From IMG/VR virus record IMGVR_UViG_3300046501_000246: a DNA stretch of 64,000 nucleotides, one strand, 5' to 3'. The position numbers and the translations under genes are program-made. The DNA comes from a virus. Below, in pieces: positions 8,745 to 18,301 of this stretch (the first letter of the stretch is position 1; each line of letters begins with the position of its first letter). A model generated the notes under the pieces. The model had not been told where the DNA came from, ran no database searches, and worked only from the letters and a program-made list of their open reading frames with translations.

Positions 8745-10391
8745 TTAAATCTTGAATGATGCGTTTTCGGCAGGCTTGGGCTCTTCCGGCTTCTCAACCT
8801 TGATCGAAGAGTGGACCGCAGCGTTATCCTTGACCGCATCCTGAACCGACGAAGCGATTTCGCGGATCGCGACAAGGTTCTGTTCAAGCTCAGCTACGTT
8901 TTCGCGGGTGATTTCGGTAGCCTTCTGAACCACCTCACCATATGCACCAAGGTCTTCCATGGCTTTGACAAGTTCGTCATTCACATCACCCGTTGCCAGA
9001 GCGACACGCATGCTTTCCTTCATCGCGATTTCGTTCGTCGCATCGCTCATCTGAACCATTGTGTCACGCGCAATGGCAGAGCTTTCAGCGATTGCGGCTT
9101 GACCCACGGCCTGAAGCACGACAGAAAGTCGATCAGCGACACCAGCGACACCTTGGGTATGCATCTTGCGCACCTTTTCGACCTGAGACGAGTTGGCATC
9201 TGCCATGGTCTTGATACGCACGGACTGAGACGAAAGATCGGCAAAGGTCGTTTCGGTATCGACGGCAGAACTGGACAAGACAGTGAGATGATCGTCAATG
9301 TCGCGAAGTTCGTTGTCGCGCTTCATCTTTGTGATCATCGATTCTTCTTCGGCAGGGGTCGCAAGAGTTTCGCGCTTCGTCTTGATTTCCGAGCCAGCTT
9401 CCTTAATGCCTTCACCTAGAATGGCATATGCAGAAATCATGGACTGGTTCGCATCGGTAAGATTGTCGATTTGCTCACCCATGCCGCTAAGACTACCGCG
9501 AATACCACCGAGAGCAGACTTAGAAACTTCAACGAATTTCTTAGCCTTTTCAACAGTGTTAGCTGAATTCCGCTGATGTTCTTCCGCCGAAAGGTCAAGC
9601 ATGGCGCGGATCGTTGCCTTGGCCTTGCCAAATTCCGAGTCATCTGCCACAGAGACCGGAGCTTGAGCCGAGACAGTTGTCAGTTCCTGTTCCAGCCTGA
9701 TAAGATTGTCCTTGGCCTGAATGATAGAAATTTCATTCAGTGCAATCTTTTCGCGCGAAGACTGGCGAATCCCAAGCAGGCCGAACAGAGCTTTGTCTTC
9801 GCTGAGTCGTGCATTTTCGTTGGTCAACTCATCGATTAGCTGCTGCGTTGATGTGAAACGCTGTTTGATATTTTCGACCTTTAGATTATATTCCGTTTCA
9901 ACGCTGCGGTCGTTACGGATATCGGAGAAGATTTCATTCGTCTTCCCTTCTTTGCGCACCACGTGCATAGCATTAATGATTCCAAGAATTGGCTCCATCG
10001 CTTCATTGAATTCGATCAGGCCGTCATTCATTGTGGTATAAACTTGCTGAAGCTGCGCCGTTGTGTTGGTATTGGTCACATCGATGATGTTACCAGCCAT
10101 TTGCTCGCGCTTAAGCTGAAGGAATTCCTTGAATTCATCCAGAGCCTTAATCGTAGCCTTGTTTTCTTCCTTCGTACCAACGGTAGCAAGCGTTTTCGCT
10201 ACTGCTTTCTGCTTATCTTCGGGTGAAAGAGCAGGATCGAGCACGATCTTATAGAACGTGTTCGTTGCAATATTTTCGGCGCGGGTATCTTTTGCCGTTT
10301 CGGTCTGAACCGTCTTAGCCTTGACGCCGGTAATTTCCGCGATTCGTGCCTGACGTGCTTCCTTAAGCTTTGCTGCTCCAAAATCACTCAT
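8745..10391 (-). CDS. Long alpha-helical/coiled-coil protein (possibly TelA/KlaA-like)
   Basis: 548 aa, heptad-rich, internal KALFGLLG segment; aggag RBS. Confidence 0.75.
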   Translation of the reverse strand: MSDFGAAKLKEARQARIAEITGVKAKTVQTETAKDTRAENIATNTFYKIVLDPALSPEDKQKAVAKTLATVGTKEENKATIKALDEFKEFLQLKREQMAGNIIDVTNTNTTAQLQQVYTTMNDGLIEFNEAMEPILGIINAMHVVRKEGKTNEIFSDIRNDRSVETEYNLKVENIKQRFTSTQQLIDELTNENARLSEDKALFGLLGIRQSSREKIALNEISIIQAKDNLIRLEQELTTVSAQAPVSVADDSEFGKAKATIRAMLDLSAEEHQRNSANTVEKAKKFVEVSKSALGGIRGSLSGMGEQIDNLTDANQSMISAYAILGEGIKEAGSEIKTKRETLATPAEEESMITKMKRDNELRDIDDHLTVLSSSAVDTETTFADLSSQSVRIKTMADANSSQVEKVRKMHTQGVAGVADRLSVVLQAVGQAAIAESSAIARDTMVQMSDATNEIAMKESMRVALATGDVNDELVKAMEDLGAYGEVVQKATEITRENVAELEQNLVAIREIASSVQDAVKDNAAVHSSIKVEKPEEPKPAENASFKI

Positions 10392-11409
10392 AAATTTTCT
10401 CCTTTAGTTCGTTAACTTTCATCTTCTGCCCATGCATCCAATGTTTCGTGGTCTGTATATGACCTTTTCTTACACACTTTGCAACATATTTTTTGAATTC
10501 CCCGAAAGAAAATTCACTTGCAGTCCGAACGACATAACCTTCATGATCGTCCCACGATAAGACTATGTTTTTAATGAGTTTTTCGTCATATACGCCTCGG
10601 TACAGAGTAGGCACTGGAACAATGTTTAAAAGTTTAAACCATTCCAAAGTCTCATCCCACGAAAGGCAAACATTTTTATCGTTCCAGATAGAGAAGCCGT
10701 AAAAATAAGTTTCGAGATTATCGTAACCGATGGAGTGCTTGGCAAAGAGGTTTTCACCGCATACTCTCCAACGCTCAGGAATGTCTATGGCAATGGAACT
10801 CCAAAAGTTTTTAACCCAATTGCGACTAGGATGATTTCGACCATCAAGACTTCTGGCGTGAATATAATCATTATAAAGCGTAGTGTTTTCGCCATCCATT
10901 TTCTCTGTTACAACAACTTCCATACCGCTGAAAGCGGTCATGTCTTTCAACATTCTGTCATCCTCATTCATCCCCGGTGACCAAGGAACATGAGTCGTGC
11001 GAGGATATTTGACATAATGGGTGAACAATGGGAGCTTATCATGTAGAATCTTTTGAACCGATTCATCAAAGAAAAGCTCTCCGATCAACCTAGTTCCGTT
11101 AGGCAGGATAGGATTTCCCCATTTGTCGTAGACCTGATCGTCATAGAAATGTTCAGGGATAACTTTCTTTGTGATCCCCGCGTATCCCCTGATTTCTTCC
11201 ACCGAAATGTCTGTAGCCTCACAAGCGATGTGATGGATTCCACAGACGCTGGCACCATTTTCTAAGTAGTAACCACCCTCGGCAAACAATCTGCGTTCTA
11301 AGATGTGATGAGCATCAAGTTTTCCGCCTATTCCGCATACGACACAGCGATGACCATCTCTGGCAAAGACGCCTTCTCTGAAATCATCTCGTGTCAAAAG
11401 CTTAGCCAC
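10384..11409 (-). CDS. HNH domain fused to an ATP-dependent RNA ligase family domain
   Basis: N-terminal CVVC..AHHI..VCGIHH; C-terminal KYPRTTHVPWS, EKMDGEN, GENL, EGYVVR, KCVRKGH. Confidence 0.8.
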   Translation of the reverse strand: MAKLLTRDDFREGVFARDGHRCVVCGIGGKLDAHHILERRLFAEGGYYLENGASVCGIHHIACEATDISVEEIRGYAGITKKVIPEHFYDDQVYDKWGNPILPNGTRLIGELFFDESVQKILHDKLPLFTHYVKYPRTTHVPWSPGMNEDDRMLKDMTAFSGMEVVVTEKMDGENTTLYNDYIHARSLDGRNHPSRNWVKNFWSSIAIDIPERWRVCGENLFAKHSIGYDNLETYFYGFSIWNDKNVCLSWDETLEWFKLLNIVPVPTLYRGVYDEKLIKNIVLSWDDHEGYVVRTASEFSFGEFKKYVAKCVRKGHIQTTKHWMHGQKMKVNELKEKIYE

Positions 11410-11736
11410 TTAATCTGCCTCCGTTGGATATTTAAAATTCATGTATCCGTCTAGATATTCGTGAATGTTTGCCGCCCCGATAGGATTTTGACTATGGACG
11501 TACCACTCAAAATCTTCTCCGATCACTGTTCCGCCCCGATCTTCGTCTAGATCAACAAGATACTTGGCACACTCGTAACCGTCAAGACTATCGTCACCCA
11601 AGTCATGGTCAAAGCTGATAAAATTGATAGGCTCCTTGGCATAAAGAAGCGCATCAACGAATTCACCATAGCTCCTCACAATGACAAAGTCACGATAGTT
11701 TGCAGGAAGCCGTTCGTCATCAAGAAAAATATTCAT
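11410..11736 (-). CDS. Cyclic-phosphate processing receiver (cREC)-like domain protein
   Basis: IFLDDER.P, ISFDHDLG, GYECAKYL, HSQNPIGA motifs. Confidence 0.8.
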   Translation of the reverse strand: MNIFLDDERLPANYRDFVIVRSYGEFVDALLYAKEPINFISFDHDLGDDSLDGYECAKYLVDLDEDRGGTVIGEDFEWYVHSQNPIGAANIHEYLDGYMNFKYPTEAD

Positions 11737-11739
11737 AAT

Positions 11740-12490
11740 TTAAGTCACCGCGAAGTAGACGCACCAAGTCAGAAGTGAGACGATGGTAGCAAGCATTCCA
11801 AAAAGCAGAGTATAAAAACCTTCCGTAAATTCATCCACCTTAGCAGCGATCGGAAAGATTATAGCGAATGCGTAGAAAAGTATAGTAAGCAGGGCAGGAA
11901 TGCCCCAATAACCAATAACAATTGTCACTTCAAAAGTCCCTTCTTCCACTTTTTATATTCTTTAATATAGTTCTCTGGTACGATAGCGACCATAACGCCT
12001 CTAGCGTCCCGAAACAGAGCGTCTAGCTTTCCGTCAATGACTTTGGCCTGAGAAATCTCCCCGCCTTTGTCGCGCTCCAATGCTTCTACTCCACCATCTT
12101 CAGTTACGAGCCAGATGTATTCAGGACTGGTGGTCAAGGCTTAAGCTCCAAAGTTCTCATTAAACGTGCATAAGGATTTTCGGTCTTCAATAGATTAAAT
12201 CCCTCCGCAGCAAGAGCCATAGTAGCATAAACCTGACTAACGAAATACTGCTGATCTATGTTTCCGTCGTAAACTAAATTTACAAAACCTCTGACAGGAG
12301 GAGTGATTTCCTTAATAAGCCCTTTTTCAAAGTCTTCGTCAGAGAGGTAAACCGCACCAAACGCAGGCGTTTTGTCATACCTAGTGGTATGATGAACAGC
12401 CACACCGCCAGCTGCGTAACGCGCCAAACACTGCATTTCAAGTGGATTAGCAGAATAAGTATAAAACTTATTAACCTCAATCATGTCCAA
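11740..12490 (-). CDS. Three short hypothetical CDS
   Basis: 11740-11949 (membrane), 11925-12137, 12134-12490. Confidence 0.6.
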
Positions 12491-12876
12491 TAAACTCCTT
12501 TAATTCCGAAAGCGTCGATAGCTTTCTGGCAACCTTGACAGGGTTTAGACATACCAATATTGCCTCCACCCGTCAATCTCATAACGTATAGGTCACACCG
12601 TTTTAAAACGTCGGAACCATATTGATTAATAGTTTTGATAATTGCGTCGATCTCGGCATGGAGATAAATTTTATATTTATCAGTTTGATATTTCAGCATA
12701 ATAGGATGAGTTTTTAATTGATTCCTACCGATGGAAAGGATTTGTTTTTTGTAAACAATGGCAGCGGCATGCCTGTGCTGATCGCAGTCTGTAACAGTTT
12801 CAGCTGCCTCAAAAAGTTTATTAAAAACAGTTTCATTCTTGGCCTTAGTATTAAAATAATTCACTTCGCGAGCCAC
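12481..12876 (-). CDS. Zn-dependent cytidine/CMP-dCMP-type deaminase
   Basis: HAEIDA and SKPCQGC catalytic motifs; RHAAAIV..GRN. Confidence 0.8.
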   Translation of the reverse strand: MAREVNYFNTKAKNETVFNKLFEAAETVTDCDQHRHAAAIVYKKQILSIGRNQLKTHPIMLKYQTDKYKIYLHAEIDAIIKTINQYGSDVLKRCDLYVMRLTGGGNIGMSKPCQGCQKAIDAFGIKGVYWT

Positions 12877-13243
12877 GTCCCGACTTTATAAGGAATGTAA
12901 CAGACCCACCAAATTGGCCAAACAATCATTATGAAGAGAAGCCCAACTAGAGGAATAGGATCACAGTAGTCATTCCAATTTAGATCGAAAATATTCTTCA
13001 TCATTCCGAATGAGAAAAAATAGCCAGCGACATAAGCCACCAAAATAATTAAATTTGGCAAATCCATTAATATCCACTCCATTCCGCAATCTTCTTACCG
13101 ATAAAGTAAGGCAACGCAGCAACAATTACGACGGGCCACAATACCGAAGCCCAAAATACGTCTGGCAAGCCTTGCCGATTTAGGTAACCGGCAGAAACAA
13201 AGATGCCAAAGGAATATATGATAACGAGTATCCAAAAGGTCAT
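12861..13243 (-). CDS. Two tandem small membrane proteins
   Basis: 12861-13082 and 13067-13243 (ATG 13243), each with two TMs and WP..PY..G. Confidence 0.65.
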
Positions 13244-13244
13244 A

Positions 13245-13809
13245 TTAGACTCCAAAATAGAGACGGTCGTAAATCGAAGCGGCGCGGAACTTGGTGAAGT
13301 TAAAATCACAATCGATTTCTTCTTCCCAATAACCGGTTCGATAAAAATGAATGGTAAAGCCTTCGATGACGTACCATTCACCCTCGACCAGCCCATCATC
13401 CTTGACACTAAAAATTTCTTTTAGAGTGTAATCCAGCCCGCAGCCATAGCTGTTTTCATATTCTGCCGCGCCACCTTCGTATTGAATCTCATAAATATCC
13501 CAATCATCGCCGTCAACATATTCTATTTGGAACAGGATCGTTGAAGGCTCGGCAGGATTAGGGCACTCATATTCATCTTCGTCAATAGGTTCAAACACTT
13601 TAATTTTTACTTCGACCACTTACTTCTTCTCCCGGCATGATAATGCCCCAATAAACTGTAAATATGTCTATATTTCCGAGTCGTTCCATTTTAAGGCAGT
13701 GAACCTTACGAATCGTGTTCGCCGTGCCTACCTTAAATTCAAATCCGGGTGCAGCGATGCAGTTACCGATTTCGCCACGCCACTGCTCATGCTTGATTTG
13801 ATAGACCAT
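13245..13809 (-). CDS. Two hypothetical CDS
   Basis: 13245-13619 (acidic) and 13600-13809. Confidence 0.65.
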
Positions 13810-13923
13810 TTATTACTCCATCATAATTTTATAGGTTGATCGTGCAAAGTTTTCAAACTCTCAAGGCTCACTTTGTCATTCCTTTCCCAACCTTCTTCTA
13901 GGGCGAGAATGTACAACGAAAGT

Positions 13924-14361
13924 TTAAGTTTTTTTGGCTATGATTGCTTCCATAGCTTCTGCGTCACCTTTGACAGCCATACGTCTTTTTAAATCGTGAT
14001 TACCCGGAGCAGGAGGCGGAAGTTTACCACCATGTTCAGCTATCCTAGTTTTGAATGTCTCAAAATCTTCGACGCCTCGATGATGATTACAACGTGAATG
14101 GCTGAGAGGAACGTTACTACAAGCATTAGTACCGCCTTCGGATTTTAAATGCTTATGCTCAAATGTAGCATCACTTTTCGAAGGCCTACCTTTACTCGTA
14201 CCGAGCCGGATCGTCATAGGCTTGTGACACAAGCAACACAACCCATCTTGTTGCTTAAACAGCTTGGCCTTTTTTCTGTGCCGATTTCTCGCCCATTTTG
14301 TAGGTATGGAAGGAATAAAGGCAAGATAGTCTTTAAGCTGCTGTTTCTGTTCCGGCGTCAT
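13924..14361 (-). CDS. HNH endonuclease
   Basis: CCLC..ATFEH..GG.N..N..SHSRCNHHRG. Confidence 0.8.
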   Translation of the reverse strand: MTPEQKQQLKDYLAFIPSIPTKWARNRHRKKAKLFKQQDGLCCLCHKPMTIRLGTSKGRPSKSDATFEHKHLKSEGGTNACSNVPLSHSRCNHHRGVEDFETFKTRIAEHGGKLPPPAPGNHDLKRRMAVKGDAEAMEAIIAKKT

Positions 14362-14372
14362 GTCACTCCTCT

Positions 14373-15014
14373 TTAAACTTCGTCCGCCTCTGCGAATGGT
14401 CTTGTTCTTAACGCGGCGCAGACACCTTCAGTGATTTGCCTACCAGTTGCGCCTAGGATAATACGTTCAACTAATTTCATCATATTATCATTGGATCGAT
14501 ATGGCAAGCCTAAATTCACACAAAGTGACACTAATTCGGCCTTCCACAGCAAATTAAGCATGGCCCTCGTATTAGGAGTGTTATAAAGTCCTTTAATTTT
14601 CCACGTCTGATCCATATAACGATTTGAATTCCTTAATGGCTCAGGATAAGGCCAGACAAAGTCTTTGACATGACTGCCCAAAATAGCGGTAAGTGCATCA
14701 CTTGGATCATAACGCGAACCTGCACCGTTGGCATAAATTTTCTCGACAAAAAACTTTTTATCGAGGACAAGGAACGTCTGATGTGAGCATTGACTAAATG
14801 CTTTCCATTGATGATCCAAACGCTTCAACACGTCCTTCTCACTCTTGATTTCAAATAATAAAATTTCAGAAAGCCCTACCACGGCTAAATCGGCGCGCGG
14901 GCTACCAGTTCCTGCCGTATTCAATTCGTGAATGATTCGGGAATTGGGACGAAGCTGTCTGACTTTATCAATTACTGTATTTCTAATTTCTCGCTCTACG
15001 AAGCTGCCTGACAT
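14373..15014 (-). CDS. PD-(D/E)xK nuclease-fold protein (sce7726/MmcB-like)
   Basis: HEL..RADLAV..FEIKSEKD.L.RL..Q motif. Confidence 0.65.
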   Translation of the reverse strand: MSGSFVEREIRNTVIDKVRQLRPNSRIIHELNTAGTGSPRADLAVVGLSEILLFEIKSEKDVLKRLDHQWKAFSQCSHQTFLVLDKKFFVEKIYANGAGSRYDPSDALTAILGSHVKDFVWPYPEPLRNSNRYMDQTWKIKGLYNTPNTRAMLNLLWKAELVSLCVNLGLPYRSNDNMMKLVERIILGATGRQITEGVCAALRTRPFAEADEV

Positions 15015-15240
15015 GTTTTGGATAAATCTCTTTTTGATATTTTGCGTAAAATTGCATTATGTTATATGAAGTGACTTTGGAAGTGTCTTCACCTATAACG
15101 GTTAACCAAGTGGCTAAGTGTCTTCCGATCTCGTAACGTGGCCCTGTGAAATAATCATAATCATCAAGGCGGGAAGGTAAATCATTTAACTTGTCGTTAA
15201 AGCCAGCGAACATGGCGTCATAAACTGAATGAAGTGACAT
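14983..15240 (-). CDS. Hypothetical protein, first gene of the leftward block
   Basis: 85 aa; ATG immediately downstream of the divergent promoter. Confidence 0.65.
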   Translation of the reverse strand: MSLHSVYDAMFAGFNDKLNDLPSRLDDYDYFTGPRYEIGRHLATWLTVIGEDTSKVTSYNIMQFYAKYQKEIYPKHVRQLRRARN

Positions 15241-15251
15241 TAAAAATCCTA

Positions 15252-15301
15252 TTGACTTGCTAATAGAAAGGTGTCATAGAGGATGAATAACAAAAAGTCA
15301 A
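15252..15301. promoter_or_regulatory. Bidirectional promoter with overlapping -10 elements
   Basis: Plus: TTGACT 15252-57, N17, CATAGA 15275-80. Minus: TTGACT 15301-15296, N17, TATGAC 15278-73. Lies at the strand switch. Confidence 0.75.
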
Positions 15302-15320
15302 GCCGAATTAAGGGGTATAA

Positions 15321-16610
15321 ATGATTTTGAAAGTTTCACAGCATGCCCTATATCGGTACATGGAGCGCGTCTTGAAGTTTGATTTTTCCGAACTTCGACT
15401 TCTGTTTATGATTGAGCGTGGTCTTCCGTCATTAAATCACATTATAGATTCAGATTTCATCTCGTGGTGCGAGCATGAAATTGAAGGCCTCGGAATCTTC
15501 AGAGATAAATTGTCTAAGCGCGTCTGGAAGTGTATGTCGGCGCAGCAGAAAAACATGGCAAAAAATAACGGACATGTCGAAGAGCGCGTACCCGACCCCG
15601 AAAATAAGGTAGGCTACGTCGTAAAAGATAATACCATTATCACCGTTCTCACAAAGGGGTAAAAATGTACGTTTCAAGCATGGGACCGAGAAGCAAACTT
15701 AAGGAAGTTTATATCGATGGAGAGCGTTATATTAGTGACGAACTTGAAAATCAGCTAAAATGGCTCAAGAGTAGGAGTGAAGAAATTTTTCACGGCTCGC
15801 TCGATGACCGCCAATCTCTTACAAAACTTTATCAAATTATAGGGATGATCTCAATTGAAAATAATTAATTATTTTTGTTACGGTGTTACGCTTTCTATTT
15901 TAGGTGTGCTGCTTTATAACTACCAACTTACTTGGGCGATTGTGCTCCTTTTGCTAGGAGCAAGTTAATGACCGTACCTGAATTACTCGCGCCCGTATTT
16001 TTCGTTATCTCTATGTCATTGATAATGATTTGGTTCTGCATCAAACTCGAAAATATGATTACCAATGAGAAAGCCCTTAGCGCCTTGTCGTGGGCTTCCC
16101 CACTCTTTATCGTGGTAGCGCCAATCAGTTTAACTTTTTATTATTTTGGCGCAAAATGAAATACCGTTTTAGAAATTCTAAACCTGTCGGATTTGTTGAA
16201 GTCAAATACGGCAGCATCACTCTTTACAGTAATAAAGATATTGAAAAAGGCGCTGCATGGGTAAAGTTGCATTGTAAGTTGACAGACACGGAATTAGATG
16301 CAATGATCGCTGAATATGAAAAGGAGGGTTGAAAATGAATGAAGAGCTAACTCTGGATCGTTACGCCGTTATGGATGATTTCGCAATTCCTCATCCCACT
16401 GGCAAGTTTGTCCTATTTTCGGACGTTGCTGTTTTGATCGACCGTCTCTGCAAAGTGATTGAGGCGCACAATGGAGCGGCAAACAGCCCTGCAAATGCTG
16501 TATTCTTTGACGAAACAATTCCTCCTGAAGTCTGGTACGCCGTAGTTGATAGAGACCTCGCTATTTCAGCCGAAGTCTGGACCGAGTTTGCCAAGGCAAA
16601 CGGAGTTTAA
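15321..16610 (+). CDS. Run of short hypothetical CDS
   Basis: 15321-15662, 15665-15868, 15932-16159 (TM), 16090-16332, 16329-16610. Confidence 0.65.
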
Positions 16611-16620
16611 ACTCTAGCCT

Positions 16621-16968
16621 ATGTCGAAGCAATATAATTTATCAAAACTAGATAGAGCTTTTGTCAAAGTCTATCGAGAGGAAGCTCTATTGAGCCAAGA
16701 CAAGAAGTGCTGCTATTGCCACGATCTTTTAACGTTTAAAAGCGTCACAGCGGAGCATAAGCAGCCAAGAAGCAAGAATGGGTCCGACGCTAAGGAAAAC
16801 ATCGCAGGCTCTTGTAGGGCTTGTAATGAGGCAAAGGGAGCCATTACAGACGCCAAGTTCAAGAAACTTATTAAAAGTTTCCCATCCGGCATGAACTACA
16901 AGATAATTTTGACATGGTCGCGCCGAAGGATCAATTTGGCACTAGAAAGGTTTGAAAAGGGATGGTAG
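16621..16968 (+). CDS. HNH endonuclease
   Basis: CCYC..TAEHKQPRSKNG..NIAGSCRACNEAKG. Confidence 0.85.
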   Translation: MSKQYNLSKLDRAFVKVYREEALLSQDKKCCYCHDLLTFKSVTAEHKQPRSKNGSDAKENIAGSCRACNEAKGAITDAKFKKLIKSFPSGMNYKIILTWSRRRINLALERFEKGW

Positions 16969-17462
16969 GGATCAGAAATGCAACCATTGTCACGGTAAAG
17001 CCTTTAATTCCCAACTATGCCAAAGCTATTTTAGGGCCGTGTGCATTTGGCATCGAGCCACCTGCTGACACAGAATATAGGAGACCTGTTATGACAAAAC
17101 GTACCCACGAAGAAGTAATAGAAGCGCATCGTATCGCCATTGGCGCGACAAAGATTCACGTGGATTACAACCTCAACTCTGATCCAGAAGAGCTTGCGAA
17201 GGAGTTGGAGCGAGGTAACAACGTCATTCAGATGTTTAATGCAATCGACCCTCTCACCAAAGCAGAAGCTAAGATTGAGCGTTACGAAAAACTCTTGCGC
17301 AGTCTCACTAAACTAGGTCAGGCGAGCTTTGACGAATGGGATAAAATGTCTGAGGGCGAGACCCTTTTGAGGCAAAAATTGTTTGGCATGACAGAATTTG
17401 CTACGCACGAGAATACAAAGCATACCATTGAATTTGCTAAGAGAAAAGGTGTAATCTCTTGA
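16962..17462 (+). CDS. Hypothetical protein (start uncertain)
   Basis: ORF track; MTKRTHEE is a likely internal start. Confidence 0.55.
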   Translation: MVGIRNATIVTVKPLIPNYAKAILGPCAFGIEPPADTEYRRPVMTKRTHEEVIEAHRIAIGATKIHVDYNLNSDPEELAKELERGNNVIQMFNAIDPLTKAEAKIERYEKLLRSLTKLGQASFDEWDKMSEGETLLRQKLFGMTEFATHENTKHTIEFAKRKGVIS

Positions 17463-18301
17463 CCAAAATTTCATGGCTAATCGACAATTACATGTTTGAT
17501 CGCAGTCCGCTGTATCGGAACATGGATGAAAATTTTAAAGAATTAGGCATTCCTTATTACTATGCCCAATATATTCCTTTCGCTGACGCGAAAGACCAAG
17601 ACTATGGCCCTTTCAAAGATGGCGATCCTGTCGTCATTTATGGAACAATCAACTTCGTCAAGAAGTGCCCACGAGTTTTCGCCCCCGGCGCTTATGGCTA
17701 CACTCAGAATCGTCAGTGTAATGTCTACATGACGAACATTCCTCATGACTGGTTCCTCAACTCTGACTATATCATGCTGACATGGGGCGACCTGAAGGCG
17801 AGATGGCAATCGATTTACGAACTGCTTCAGTGTTATGAAATTTTCATTCGCCCCATGAGTGGCGATAAGAGTTTCACTGGCCAAGCCATCTTCTATAGCG
17901 ATTTCCTTTTCGAAGCTAATTCGACGCAGCAATTAACTGCTGTTACGGATGAAACAATCGTCATGATTGCGAAATCGAAAAAGCATGACATTAAAGGCGA
18001 ATTTCGATTCATCATAGGTGCTGGCGAAGTTATTGCCGGTTCGGAATATCGTTGGGATGGAAATCTGGATATTCGCAGAGATTGGCCAGCGGAATGTGAA
18101 GAAGTCGCAGCAGCTGTGGCACGCCTGCCATGGCAACTCGACACGGTCTACACCTGTGACGTTGCACTAATGGCAGATGGTGTTCCTAAAATTGTTGAGC
18201 TAAATGGATTTGCAAGCGCCGGTTGGTACGCCGCAGATCAAAAGAAAATTATATCAAGAGTCACAGAAATTGCAGAGGCTGAATATGGCGAAAACATTTG
18301 A
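17459..18301 (+). CDS. ATP-grasp domain protein (R2K/DUF4343-like)
   Basis: IFIRP..GDKSFTGQ, EFRFII, GSEYR, TCDV, IVELNGFASAGWY. Confidence 0.75.
   Translation: MTKISWLIDNYMFDRSPLYRNMDENFKELGIPYYYAQYIPFADAKDQDYGPFKDGDPVVIYGTINFVKKCPRVFAPGAYGYTQNRQCNVYMTNIPHDWFLNSDYIMLTWGDLKARWQSIYELLQCYEIFIRPMSGDKSFTGQAIFYSDFLFEANSTQQLTAVTDETIVMIAKSKKHDIKGEFRFIIGAGEVIAGSEYRWDGNLDIRRDWPAECEEVAAAVARLPWQLDTVYTCDVALMADGVPKIVELNGFASAGWYAADQKKIISRVTEIAEAEYGENI

Noticed and set aside
13821-13930. Possible frameshift extension of the HNH gene at an A7 run before its stop
   Set aside because: It would need a +1 shift with no stimulatory structure; the short open frame may be chance or a separate tiny TTG gene
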